From: Candidatus Doudnabacteria bacterium RIFCSPHIGHO2_01_FULL_46_24
GTDB taxonomy: Bacteria > Patescibacteriota > Doudnabacteria > UBA920 > O2-02-FULL-48-8
NCBI GenBank assembly: GCA_001777575.1
Contig: MFEL01000001.1
Location: forward strand, 1-46,718
DNA length: 46,718 nucleotides
Reading direction: 5' to 3'
Positions 1 to 6,250 of the stretch are shown piece by piece; position 1 is the first letter of the stretch; every line of letters begins with the position of its first letter. A program made the position numbers and the translations under genes. The notes beneath the pieces were generated by a model. That model searched no databases, was not told the origin of the DNA, and saw only the letters and a list, made by a program, of their open reading frames with translations.

Positions 1-52
1 CCGGGTCCCCCTTCTCCCCTTTACTCCCATTATCCCCCTTACTCCCCTTTAA
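1..52. repeat. 9-nt periodic C-tract/G-tract repeat, copy 1 of 3 (minus strand GGGGAGTAA-GGGGGATAA type)
   Basis: Plus strand reads ccccc ttct cccc tttact ccc attat ccccc ttact cccc. On the minus strand it encodes GSK-GDN-GSK-GEK-GDP of the ORF 1..844. Related strings occur at 27056..27086 and 30685..30722. Confidence 0.6.
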
Positions 53-844
53 CAAAGTCTTCAGGGACTCGGAATTGGCAATCAGGTCAGTCAGCTCGGC
101 TTCGGTAAGGGAAGCTTTGACTGTTACCTGGCGGAGAATGGTGGTGGAAGGCTGTATATCTTCGCCCATCCCCGAGGCATGGGTTGGGATTTGTAATCGG
201 GGATCTTGCTGAGGGTTTGGGTAAGATCCCGGATCGCCCGATGTGGCGTCCAGGATGGGAACCAGAGGGTTCTCAACCCTCTCCCCCGCGACCTGGGGCT
301 GGGGCTCTAGTTGCTCACTTGCATACGGGACAGTATGCAAGTATTGCTTGGCTTGCGCAAGAAAAGCGGAAAGGTTGGCAAACGACGGAACGTTATACGT
401 TATTCGTCGGCGCGGCGCGTATCGTAACTCGGCGGCGTCATGCGGTTTTTCAACGCCTGCCGCTAGACGCGCACCGATACGCGCAGCGCTGCCGTACAAC
501 GCGTTCACAGGCTCGGACACATCCAGCAGTTCGGAAGCGGCGGTTAGCCCAAAGGCCACCTTTGAGGTCAAGGGCTGCCATTCAGAAAAGGTGACCTTTG
601 GCAGAAGCTCGAAGGCGGCCTGCCGCAATTCGTCCGCCTGCGCCAAGGCTTCGGCGGATAAATAATTCGTGATTCGTAATTCGTTAATTCCATCGGAGAC
701 ATCCAGCGCCTCAAGTCCGGGGGCAAAATCCAAATGGCGCGAAGCGAAAGCCATGCTGCCGAACGACATAGCAAACACCACGGTCGCGGCCACCAGTTCC
801 GCTCCGCTCAGCCTAAGCCCTAAATTTTTATTTTTCGTTTTCAT
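1..844 (-). CDS. Secreted protein with N-terminal signal peptide and C-terminal collagen-like Gly-X-Y repeats (3' end runs off the left window edge)
   Basis: Hand translation of the minus strand from the ATG at 842-844 gives 281 codons with no stop down to position 1 (MKTKNKNLGLRLSGAELVAATVVFAMSFGSMAFASRHL...LKGSKGDNGSKGEKGDPG). It is absent from the supplied track because it is open-ended. ATGA start/stop overlap with ORF 841..1254. Hydrophobic core plus AFA-S cleavage-like site. An alternative shorter start (MGEDIQ, ATG at 167-169) cannot be excluded. Confidence 0.55.
   Translation of the reverse strand, partial: MKTKNKNLGLRLSGAELVAATVVFAMSFGSMAFASRHLDFAPGLEALDVSDGINELRITNYLSAEALAQADELRQAAFELLPKVTFSEWQPLTSKVAFGLTAASELLDVSEPVNALYGSAARIGARLAAGVEKPHDAAELRYAPRRRITYNVPSFANLSAFLAQAKQYLHTVPYASEQLEPQPQVAGERVENPLVPILDATSGDPGSYPNPQQDPRLQIPTHASGMGEDIQPSTTILRQVTVKASLTEAELTDLIANSESLKTLLKGSKGDNGSKGEKGDP
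165..259 (+). repeat. Nested-palindrome element, copy 1 (degenerate, lies inside ORF 1..844)
   Basis: cccatccccgaggcatgggttggg...aatcggggatctt...taagatcccggat...caggatggg. Same arm words as the copies at 3521, 26719 and 46335. Confidence 0.55.
399..500. repeat. ORF-less copy (A) of the inverted-repeat stem that flanks the four-helix-bundle gene
   Basis: Left arm gttattcgtcggcgcggcgcgtatcgt (399-425). Right arm accgatacgcgcagcgctgccgtacaac (473-500). The arms are mutually complementary over about 20 bp. About 47 nt of unrelated sequence lies between them. The copy lies inside ORF 1..844. Confidence 0.65.
633..658 (+). repeat. TCCGCC-loop-GGCGGA hairpin family, copy 1
   Basis: tccgcc tgcgccaaggcttc ggcgga. 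Same stem and near-identical loop as the copies at 9808, 43387 and (inverted) 2760. Confidence 0.6.
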
Positions 845-1254
845 TTTACCGGCCAAAAATTATTTATCTCAATGCTCGCTCCGGCCACTTGCCCGTTATA
901 AGTTGCGGCCGCAAAATCAGAAAAAGCCAAAAAATTTTCCCAGGTTGCCCAAAGCCCAAAGGTCACCTTTGGGTCTGGCACAGCCGCCACCTCGCCAAAC
1001 GCCACGTAAAACTCGTCCAAAAATTTTCCGCTGGTATCAAACATAAAGGCAATCGTCTCTACCGGCTCCTGCCAGTCATCATGCAAGTCGAGAATCCGGA
1101 AAGTATCAGCCGCTTGCATCTGTTCATCAGCCGGCAGCGACCCAAACGCCATGACGCCGATTAGAATCAGGCCAATCACGATTGCCGCGATCGTGGCGGA
1201 TTCAAAGTTGTTTAATTTCTGATAGTCAGTCTTCATAAATAATTCAAAAAGCAA
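841..1254 (-). CDS. Small membrane-anchored hypothetical protein
   Basis: ORF track entry, 137 aa. The codon at 1252-1254 is TTG, and the first ATG (MKTDYQKLNN) is at 1234-1236. One TM helix (ATIAAIVIGLILIGVMAF). Its stop overlaps the next start as ATGA. I recognise no family. Confidence 0.5.
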   Translation of the reverse strand: MLFELFMKTDYQKLNNFESATIAAIVIGLILIGVMAFGSLPADEQMQAADTFRILDLHDDWQEPVETIAFMFDTSGKFLDEFYVAFGEVAAVPDPKVTFGLWATWENFLAFSDFAAATYNGQVAGASIEINNFWPVK

Positions 1255-1257
1255 AAG

Positions 1258-1710
1258 TCAAGTGGTTATTCGTTGTTCGTCGGCGCCGCGCGTATCGTTT
1301 GACGGTGGCGAGGTGCGTCTCCTATTCGTAAACTTATCCCATGCCTCGGCTAGATTAAATAATTGCCTAGAAATTTTATCATAACTATCTACTAACTGGT
1401 CACACAATCCAGATTCGATATTATAGAGATCTTTGCATTGTTCCAAACCGACAATAGTTTCATTCGACTCAGTGTGCGCATCGTCTATGTATTTTTGAAA
1501 ACCGGCTTTCTGATGCTTCTTGGTATAACCTTCGGTTATCAATCTTGGGACTGCTTTGGTTGATCTAGACAGCTGATCAAAGAGATCGAACTTTTCGTGC
1601 TGGGGAAGTTTAGGTAGAATCTGCTTGTGGACTATAAGCATCGCTTTATAAGCATTTTGATAAACATCTAAATCTCTGAAGCTTCGGATTGGCTTTTTAG
1701 TTTCTGGCAT
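1258..1710 (-). CDS. Four-helix-bundle protein (23S rRNA intervening-sequence protein family; same fold family as DGR Avd)
   Basis: 150 aa. The N-terminal signature SFRDLDVYQNAYKAMLIVHK...LPKxEKFDLxDQLxRSxxAVPxLIxEG is typical of the PF05635/TIGR02436 family as I know it. The last 20 or so codons (RRRTSPPSNDTRGADEQRITT) are supplied by the left inverted-repeat arm. Confidence 0.75.
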   Translation of the reverse strand: MPETKKPIRSFRDLDVYQNAYKAMLIVHKQILPKLPQHEKFDLFDQLSRSTKAVPRLITEGYTKKHQKAGFQKYIDDAHTESNETIVGLEQCKDLYNIESGLCDQLVDSYDKISRQLFNLAEAWDKFTNRRRTSPPSNDTRGADEQRITT

Positions 1711-1781
1711 TTGGTTTAAAAGACCGCTTAACGATTAACGCTTACCGATACGCGCTGCGCTGCCGTTGAACGAGTTACTAT
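1265..1781 (-). mobile_element. IVS-like cassette: inverted-repeat stem enclosing the four-helix-bundle gene
   Basis: Left arm gttattcgttgttcgtcggcgccgcgcgtatcgt (1265-1298). Right arm taccgatacgcgctgcgctgccgttgaac (1753-1781). The same arm pair recurs at 399..500 and 10058..10152 without an ORF. Mobility is inference only. Confidence 0.4.
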
Positions 1782-1809
1782 TTTGCATTTTGACTTTTAA
1801 CTTATGACT

Positions 1810-2046
1810 TTACATTAAAAGATTCAAATACTTCGAAATCACGCTCACCCGCTGTTGGCTTTCGTTTTGCTGATATTTCAGATACTCAAAAAGATCGGCT
1901 TTGGTGATTAGCCAATCGCGGCCGATCTTGGTGGCGCGGATTTTCCCCTTGCGCGCGAGCAAGTTTAAGTAGTCCGCGCTGTACGGAGTCAATTCAGAAG
2001 CTTCCCTCAAGCTTAAAAGCTCAGGATTTAAGCCTAAATTTTGCAT
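1810..2046 (-). CDS. Helix-turn-helix DNA-binding protein (excisionase/MerR-like HTH_17 type)
   Basis: 78 aa. LSLREASELTPYSADYLNLLARKGKIRATKIGRDWLITKADLFEY matches the short HTH_17 pattern (...A..L.vs...l..l...G.i.a.k.gr.w.i...dl..y). Confidence 0.65.
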   Translation of the reverse strand: MQNLGLNPELLSLREASELTPYSADYLNLLARKGKIRATKIGRDWLITKADLFEYLKYQQNESQQRVSVISKYLNLLM

Positions 2047-2078
2047 TTTTTGATTTTTCTTTTGATTTTGGTTTCGCT

Positions 2079-2106
2079 CTAGCCGATGTTTTTTAGGCTA
2101 GCCGAT
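2079..2106 (-). promoter_or_regulatory. Direct repeat ctagccgat x2 (19-nt register) in the 5' leader of the HTH gene; candidate operator
   Basis: ctagccgat at 2079-2087 and 2098-2106, between the -10 box (2123-2131) and the start codon (2046). Confidence 0.3.
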
Positions 2107-2122
2107 ATCGTATCTTGATTAT

Positions 2123-2131
2123 ATTATAGCA
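2123..2131 (-). promoter_or_regulatory. Extended -10 promoter TGCTATAAT (HTH / four-helix-bundle operon)
   Basis: Plus strand attatagca equals minus TGCTATAAT, about 77 nt upstream of the ATG at 2046. This is one of six exact copies of the 9-mer in the window, all upstream of starts. Confidence 0.55.
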
Positions 2132-2153
2132 AATTTCTAGGATTATGTCAATG

Positions 2154-2177
2154 AAAAAACCCCAGGTACTCCTGGGG
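2154..2177 (-). terminator. Rho-independent terminator downstream of rplL
   Basis: The minus strand reads ccccagg agta cctgggg followed by tttttt. Confidence 0.6.
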
Positions 2178-2373
2178 TTGATATTAGCTCGCCTAACACT
2201 CAGTTAGATATTATTCTTGCCGAATTCTTGACCGGATATTCGGCTCTGCCTAACCCTTAGACTGATCTCGGCTTTATAACAATTAATATCCTTCCAAGCG
2301 TTGGGCTTGGGCAATATCTGTCCGAGAATTTTACAAAGCCGAGTATCTAGTGAAAATTAGACCGAGATAATAT

Positions 2374-2745
2374 CTATTTCAACGTCACTTTCGCTCCAGC
2401 TTCCTCGAGTTTCTTCTTCAACTCTTCCGCTTCAGCCTTGGCCACGTTTTCTTTTACCGGCTTGGGAGCTTGGTCCACCAAATCTTTGGCTTCTTTCAAC
2501 CCCTTGCCAGTGATTTCCCTCACCACTTTGATGACATTGATCTTATTAGCGCCCGCTTCGGAAAGCTCAACCGTAAACTCCGTTTTCTCTTCTGCTGGAG
2601 CAGCAGCGGCAGCAGGACCGGCAGCCATCATCATGGGAGCGGCCGCAGACACGCCGAACTTTTCCTCAAGCTTTTTGACCAGCTCGGAAAGTTCCAGGGC
2701 GGTCAGCTTCTCCACTTCGGAAATTATATTGTCTAGGTTTGCCAT
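2374..2745 (-). CDS. rplL: 50S ribosomal protein L7/L12
   Basis: 123 aa. N-terminal dimerisation helix, Ala/Pro hinge ([20 protein letters not shown]), and C-terminal domain [24 protein letters not shown]...[18 protein letters not shown]. Confidence 0.95.
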   Translation of the reverse strand: MANLDNIISEVEKLTALELSELVKKLEEKFGVSAAAPMMMAAGPAAAAAPAEEKTEFTVELSEAGANKINVIKVVREITGKGLKEAKDLVDQAPKPVKENVAKAEAEELKKKLEEAGAKVTLK

Positions 2746-2759
2746 ATTTATTCCTTTCT

Positions 2760-2787
2760 ATCCGCCGTAGCTTTAGCGAAGGCGGAT
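2760..2787 (-). repeat. TCCGCC-loop-GGCGGA hairpin family, copy 2 (inverted orientation), rplJ-rplL spacer
   Basis: atccgcc gtagctttagcgaa ggcggat. The reverse complement of the loop (ttcgctaaagctac) matches the other copies. Confidence 0.6.
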
Positions 2788-2793
2788 CGACCT

Positions 2794-3342
2794 TTAGAAT
2801 TTTTTATCTTTAATTGCCTTCAGCGCATTCACCAGCCCCCGCATGTTGCCTGATAAAACCGTGACCAGTCCCCGGCTCGGGCCCTGCAGGACGGAAAGCA
2901 GTTGGGAAAGCAGCTGTTGTTTGGAAGGCAGGCTGGCCAGTTTCAGGATCACATCGCTGCCAACGATTTGTGAATTAAGGATCCCGCCGTCAAACACAAG
3001 CTGCGGATTGTCCTTCATCAGGCTTTTCAGCAACCTCGCCGGCGCGGCTTCTTCTTCCTGTGACACAGCCACGGCAATGGGGCCGCCGAACTTTGGCTTG
3101 CCAGGTACCGCGAAACTGGTACCTGGTTCTCCTGAAATATTCAAAGCGGCTAACGCTTTCTTCAAAAGAGTGAGCTTGATGACCTGAAACTTCACGTTCT
3201 GGGCGCGCAACAGCTTGCGCAGTCTCGTGACCGCGGCCACGCTTAAACCTTTGTACTGCGTAAAGACCACGCCGCGGGCGCTGCGCAAATCTTCGGTCAG
3301 CTGCTTAAGGGTTGTCTCTTTTTGTGCTCGGGTGATAGCCAT
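2794..3342 (-). CDS. rplJ: 50S ribosomal protein L10
   Basis: The ORF track gives 2794..3348, but the first codon is TTG and the ATG is at 3340-3342 (MAITRAQKETTLKQL...). L10-like sequence, directly upstream of rplL. Confidence 0.9.
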   Translation of the reverse strand: MAITRAQKETTLKQLTEDLRSARGVVFTQYKGLSVAAVTRLRKLLRAQNVKFQVIKLTLLKKALAALNISGEPGTSFAVPGKPKFGGPIAVAVSQEEEAAPARLLKSLMKDNPQLVFDGGILNSQIVGSDVILKLASLPSKQQLLSQLLSVLQGPSRGLVTVLSGNMRGLVNALKAIKDKKF

Positions 3343-3374
3343 AAACAAGTTGATAGTTAATAGTTTATAGTTGA

Positions 3375-3407
3375 TAGAAAAACAAAAACTGTCTTATCCA
3401 AAGACAG
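3375..3407 (-). promoter_or_regulatory. Terminator-like hairpin in the rplJ 5' leader (possible L10-leader attenuator)
   Basis: The minus strand reads ctgtctt tggat aagacag followed by tttttgttttt, about 30 nt upstream of the rplJ ATG and about 70 nt downstream of the candidate promoter. L10 leaders that act by attenuation are known in Firmicutes. Homology was not tested. Confidence 0.4.
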
Positions 3408-3481
3408 CGGAATGTATTCCTGCGCAGCGTTATTAAGCCTTATTGGCCGCTACGGTCTTTGGAGAGAGAAGTATTAAGAGA

Positions 3482-3510
3482 AGTATATAGTATTCGTAAA
3501 ACCTGGTCAA
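3482..3510 (-). promoter_or_regulatory. Candidate sigma70 promoter for rplJ-rplL
   Basis: Minus strand TTGACC, 17 nt, TATACT. Confidence 0.45.
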
Positions 3511-3520
3511 GTTCGACACT

Positions 3521-3608
3521 CCCATCCCCGAGGCGAGGGTTGGGTCGAAAAATCGGGGATCTAGTATAAGATCCCCGCCCAACTCGGGAAGTTCTCAGCG
3601 GGGATGGG
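3521..3608 (+). repeat. Nested-palindrome element, copy 2
   Basis: cccatccccgaggcgagggttgggtcgaaaaatcggggatct agtata agatccccgcccaactcgggaagttctcagcggggatggg. Outer stem CCCATCCCCG/CGGGGATGGG, middle GGGTTGGG/CCCAAC, inner ATCGGGGATCT/AGATCCCCG. It ends 6 nt from the mltG stop. Confidence 0.75.
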
Positions 3609-3614
3609 AAAACT

Positions 3615-4649
3615 TTACTGCAAGTATTTCGCCCTATTCGCATTATGCTCCTCAATCGTCCTGGCAAAATACGCCGCCCCATCCGGGGCATTGAGAAAAT
3701 ACAAATAATCGCTTTCAGAAGGCTCTAGCGCGGCTTTGATCGAGTCTAAGCCCGGGTTACTAATGGGCGTAGGCGGCAGGCCTTTGTTGACATAGGTGTT
3801 ATACGGCGACTTGATTTTGGTGTCCGCCAGCAGCGCCTGGCGGTCATTCTTGTCCGTGACGTAATTGACTGTGGCATCCGATTGCAAGGGCATGCCGATC
3901 TGCAGGCGGTTAGAAAACACGGACGCCACCAGCCTTCGTTCTTTTTGCATGGCTATTCGATCCTCATCTGTCAGCCACTCTTTGTTGCGTCCAACTTCTT
4001 TTTCGATAATCGAAGCCAGAATGACAGCCTCCCCGCTGACTGCAAACCCTTCGGTTTTTAGCTCAAAGTTGGCAAGCATTTTCTCAATCAAATCTTCAGA
4101 CGTGGCGTTTTTGCCGATGACGTAAGTGTCGGGGAACAAAAAACCCTGATAAGCGAATGGCTTGGCGATGTCCGTGTATCTGAACGCAAAATTCTTGCCG
4201 ACCAAAAACTCGGTCAATCCCTCTTCGCCTAACCGCTCCCCGATCTGCCTGTTGCTCCAGCCTTCGATGATTGTAATCTTGCGCTCATTGGGCACAACCT
4301 TGCCCTCAGTCAACACATCCACGATCTCGGCAACGCTCATTTTGCGGTTCAGCAGATATTCGCCGGCCTGGATTTTCTCGGATGCTCCTTTACTATAAAC
4401 GTAAAACCCAAAAATATACGGGCTGTTGATGAGTTTTTTACCAGCCAAACTGTCAGCCACTTTTTTTGCACTCTCCCCTTTTTCGACTTGAAAAGAAACT
4501 TCCGTGCCGTCAGCGCTTCCTGGCGAATTAACTTTAGTAAAAAAATAAAAAACCAGCGATACGCCAATCATCCCGGCCAAGGCCAAACTCCCCAAAAGAA
4601 TTTTAAGCTTCCCTTTTTCCGGATCTTGCACTTGGTATTCGTCGTTCAT
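3615..4649 (-). CDS. mltG: Endolytic murein transglycosylase MltG (YceG family)
   Basis: 344 aa. N-terminal TM helix, YceG-like body, conserved SPYNTY...GLPPTPISNPG motif. Confidence 0.88.
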   Translation of the reverse strand: MNDEYQVQDPEKGKLKILLGSLALAGMIGVSLVFYFFTKVNSPGSADGTEVSFQVEKGESAKKVADSLAGKKLINSPYIFGFYVYSKGASEKIQAGEYLLNRKMSVAEIVDVLTEGKVVPNERKITIIEGWSNRQIGERLGEEGLTEFLVGKNFAFRYTDIAKPFAYQGFLFPDTYVIGKNATSEDLIEKMLANFELKTEGFAVSGEAVILASIIEKEVGRNKEWLTDEDRIAMQKERRLVASVFSNRLQIGMPLQSDATVNYVTDKNDRQALLADTKIKSPYNTYVNKGLPPTPISNPGLDSIKAALEPSESDYLYFLNAPDGAAYFARTIEEHNANRAKYLQ

Positions 4650-4708
4650 GGCTTAATTATGGCAAAGAACGAATCACGAAGCAAGAATAACGAATCATGG
4701 CAACTAAA

Positions 4709-4729
4709 AACCTGAGATCGACCCAGGTT
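4709..4729 (-). terminator. Weak terminator downstream of the CAP-domain gene
   Basis: Minus strand aacctg ggtcgatct caggtt followed by tttta. Confidence 0.35.
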
Positions 4730-4760
4730 CCGTAATTCTTAATTCGTAATTCTTAATTCG

Positions 4761-5237
4761 CTACTCTCTCAAGCTCACCCGGTTGTTCCGGCTGCCAAAA
4801 AACTGCACCACAAGGGTAGTGTCGCCGCTAGCCACCATGGCCAAGCCCAATTCATCATAAAACGGCGAAAGAATGTTGGCCCGGTGCGGGGGCGAATTCA
4901 TCCAAGATTCCTCCAGTTCAGAGGCGTTCGTGTACCCGGCGGCCAGATTCTCGCCGGCGTAAGTGTAAGCATAACCCAAAGCCCTAAACCAATGCCAAGG
5001 CTTAACGCCAGACGGACTGATGTGCGCAAAATAATCATTGGCAATCATGTCCTGCGCTTTGGAATAAGCCGCCAGGCTCAATGTCGGGCTTAAAGACAGC
5101 TGGCTAAACCCGAGCTGCATCCTATCCTGATTGACCTCGTCCAAAATCGCCTGGGAAGAAATGGAAGGCTTGCTAAAACCAATACTTCCTGCGGCTATGG
5201 CGCATAACAATAGCAAAAAACGAATTTTGCCTCGCAT
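4761..5237 (-). CDS. Secreted CAP/SCP-domain protein (YkwD-like)
   Basis: 158 aa. Signal peptide MRGKIRFLLLLCAIAAGS. CAP motifs DYFAHISPSG...YAGENLA...W..SPPHRANIL. Confidence 0.8.
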   Translation of the reverse strand: MRGKIRFLLLLCAIAAGSIGFSKPSISSQAILDEVNQDRMQLGFSQLSLSPTLSLAAYSKAQDMIANDYFAHISPSGVKPWHWFRALGYAYTYAGENLAAGYTNASELEESWMNSPPHRANILSPFYDELGLAMVASGDTTLVVQFFGSRNNRVSLRE

Positions 5238-5286
5238 TTGTTTTGATTTTTCTTTTTGTTTCTAAACTGGAACTTTAACTATATGT

Positions 5287-5295
5287 ATTATAGCA
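5287..5295 (-). promoter_or_regulatory. Extended -10 promoter TGCTATAAT (CAP-domain gene)
   Basis: Plus strand attatagca, about 50 nt upstream of the ATG at 5237. Confidence 0.55.
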
Positions 5296-5312
5296 GATTT
5301 TCAAAACAAAAG

Positions 5313-5332
5313 CAACCGCTGGATTGCGGTTG
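5313..5332 (-). terminator. Rho-independent terminator after the membrane-protein gene 5442..6116
   Basis: Minus strand caaccgc aatcca gcggttg followed by cttttgtttt. Confidence 0.6.
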
Positions 5333-5441
5333 TCTTTGATTATGATGGAAACTTGTATAAAGAGCTATTGATTAGTTCTAAGTTTATAAAATTCTGAGTT
5401 CATAAAGTAACTTTACGAACTTTAGAACTTAGAACCCAGAA

Positions 5442-6116
5442 CTAACTTTTTATATCCCTTTCAATCTTATCAAGCACTTTGGACGCTTGTTCCTTCCCTC
5501 CCAAACCAAACGCCAACCCGCCGGCGATGGCCAACATGGCAATAACGCCGGTAAACAAGGTTTGGACGAAAGGCTGGGCCACTTTCAACTGGTCGAGTGT
5601 GGCAAGGATGGTAAAGATCATTACAGCCCACTGCGTCACTGACCCCAAAAGGTCAGCAGACTTAAGTCCCCCCGCTTGCACGCTGTGGCGGACCAGGCGC
5701 GAGAAGAAGCCGGCCACCAAAGTACCAACCAACAGGATCGCGGCGCCGGCGACGACGTTCGGGATGTAAGCCAGAACATCATTTAAGAACGCGGAGATCT
5801 GATCGAGCTGAAGCAAATCCGCTGCAGCCAAAAACACGGCAATCAGGAAGAACCATTTGACCAACCAAGCCAACGCGCCGGAAACGGACATTTTCATTCC
5901 GGTCCGCTCAGCCAGCTGATCGAGCCCCAATTTGTCCCCCACTTCGTCAATCTTCACGGAAGTCAAAACAGATTTGACCAGCTTGCCCAAAGCCGTGGCC
6001 ACGATCCAACCGACAACCAACACGATGACCGCAACTAGGAAGCCCGGCAGGAAATTTACGAAGCGAGCGTACAAATCCTGGAACGAAGCAGAAACCACAT
6101 CAGGATAATTAGGCAT
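5442..6116 (-). CDS. Integral membrane protein with repeated conserved-TM-helix modules (MscS N-terminal-like)
   Basis: The ORF track gives 5442..6149. I prefer the ATG at 6114-6116 (MPNYPDVV), which is preceded by aaGGGGGTGaatttc. There are four to five TM segments. The GWIVATALGKLVKSVL-type helix repeats resemble the 'conserved TM helix' family. The functional call is weak. Confidence 0.6.
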   Translation of the reverse strand: MPNYPDVVSASFQDLYARFVNFLPGFLVAVIVLVVGWIVATALGKLVKSVLTSVKIDEVGDKLGLDQLAERTGMKMSVSGALAWLVKWFFLIAVFLAAADLLQLDQISAFLNDVLAYIPNVVAGAAILLVGTLVAGFFSRLVRHSVQAGGLKSADLLGSVTQWAVMIFTILATLDQLKVAQPFVQTLFTGVIAMLAIAGGLAFGLGGKEQASKVLDKIERDIKS

Positions 6117-6163
6117 GAAATTCACCCCCTTTCGGTCCCCCAATCTCAATTTGCATTGAGACC

Positions 6164-6202
6164 GTCCTGCTTCCCCCGGACTTGATCCGGGAGAAGCAGG
6201 AC
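6164..6202 (-). other. Strong nested hairpin between yjbQ and the membrane-protein gene
   Basis: gtcctgcttc c cccgga cttga tccggg a gaagcaggac (10-bp outer stem plus 6-bp inner stem). There is no U-run on either strand, so it is not a canonical terminator. Confidence 0.5.
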
Positions 6203-6250
6203 TTTCGACCTGTTAATATTTTTTCCAAAAAAAATGGAAAACAAAGTCAT

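Noticed and set aside
184-1046. Plus-strand ORFs 184..594, 243..665 and 669..1046, and minus ORF 568..774, from the track
   Set aside because: All overlap the uninterrupted 281-codon minus-strand frame, which has a signal peptide and an ATGA coupling to its upstream gene. They lack Shine-Dalgarno sites and have Arg/Pro/Ala-rich compositions typical of off-frame reading of G+C-rich DNA.
1258-2046. Possibility that the four-helix-bundle gene marks a diversity-generating retroelement (Avd-like)
   Set aside because: I found no reverse-transcriptase ORF, no template/variable repeat pair with adenine-specific mismatches, and no C-type-lectin-like target anywhere in the 46.7 kb. The repeats present are palindromic stems, not TR/VR pairs.
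6150-6250. gaaagtcc-containing hairpin region as a possible RNase P RNA or riboswitch
   Set aside because: Only an 8-nt resemblance to the RNase P P4 region. The surrounding 100 nt is far too short and lacks the other conserved RNase P blocks. I recognised no riboswitch core.
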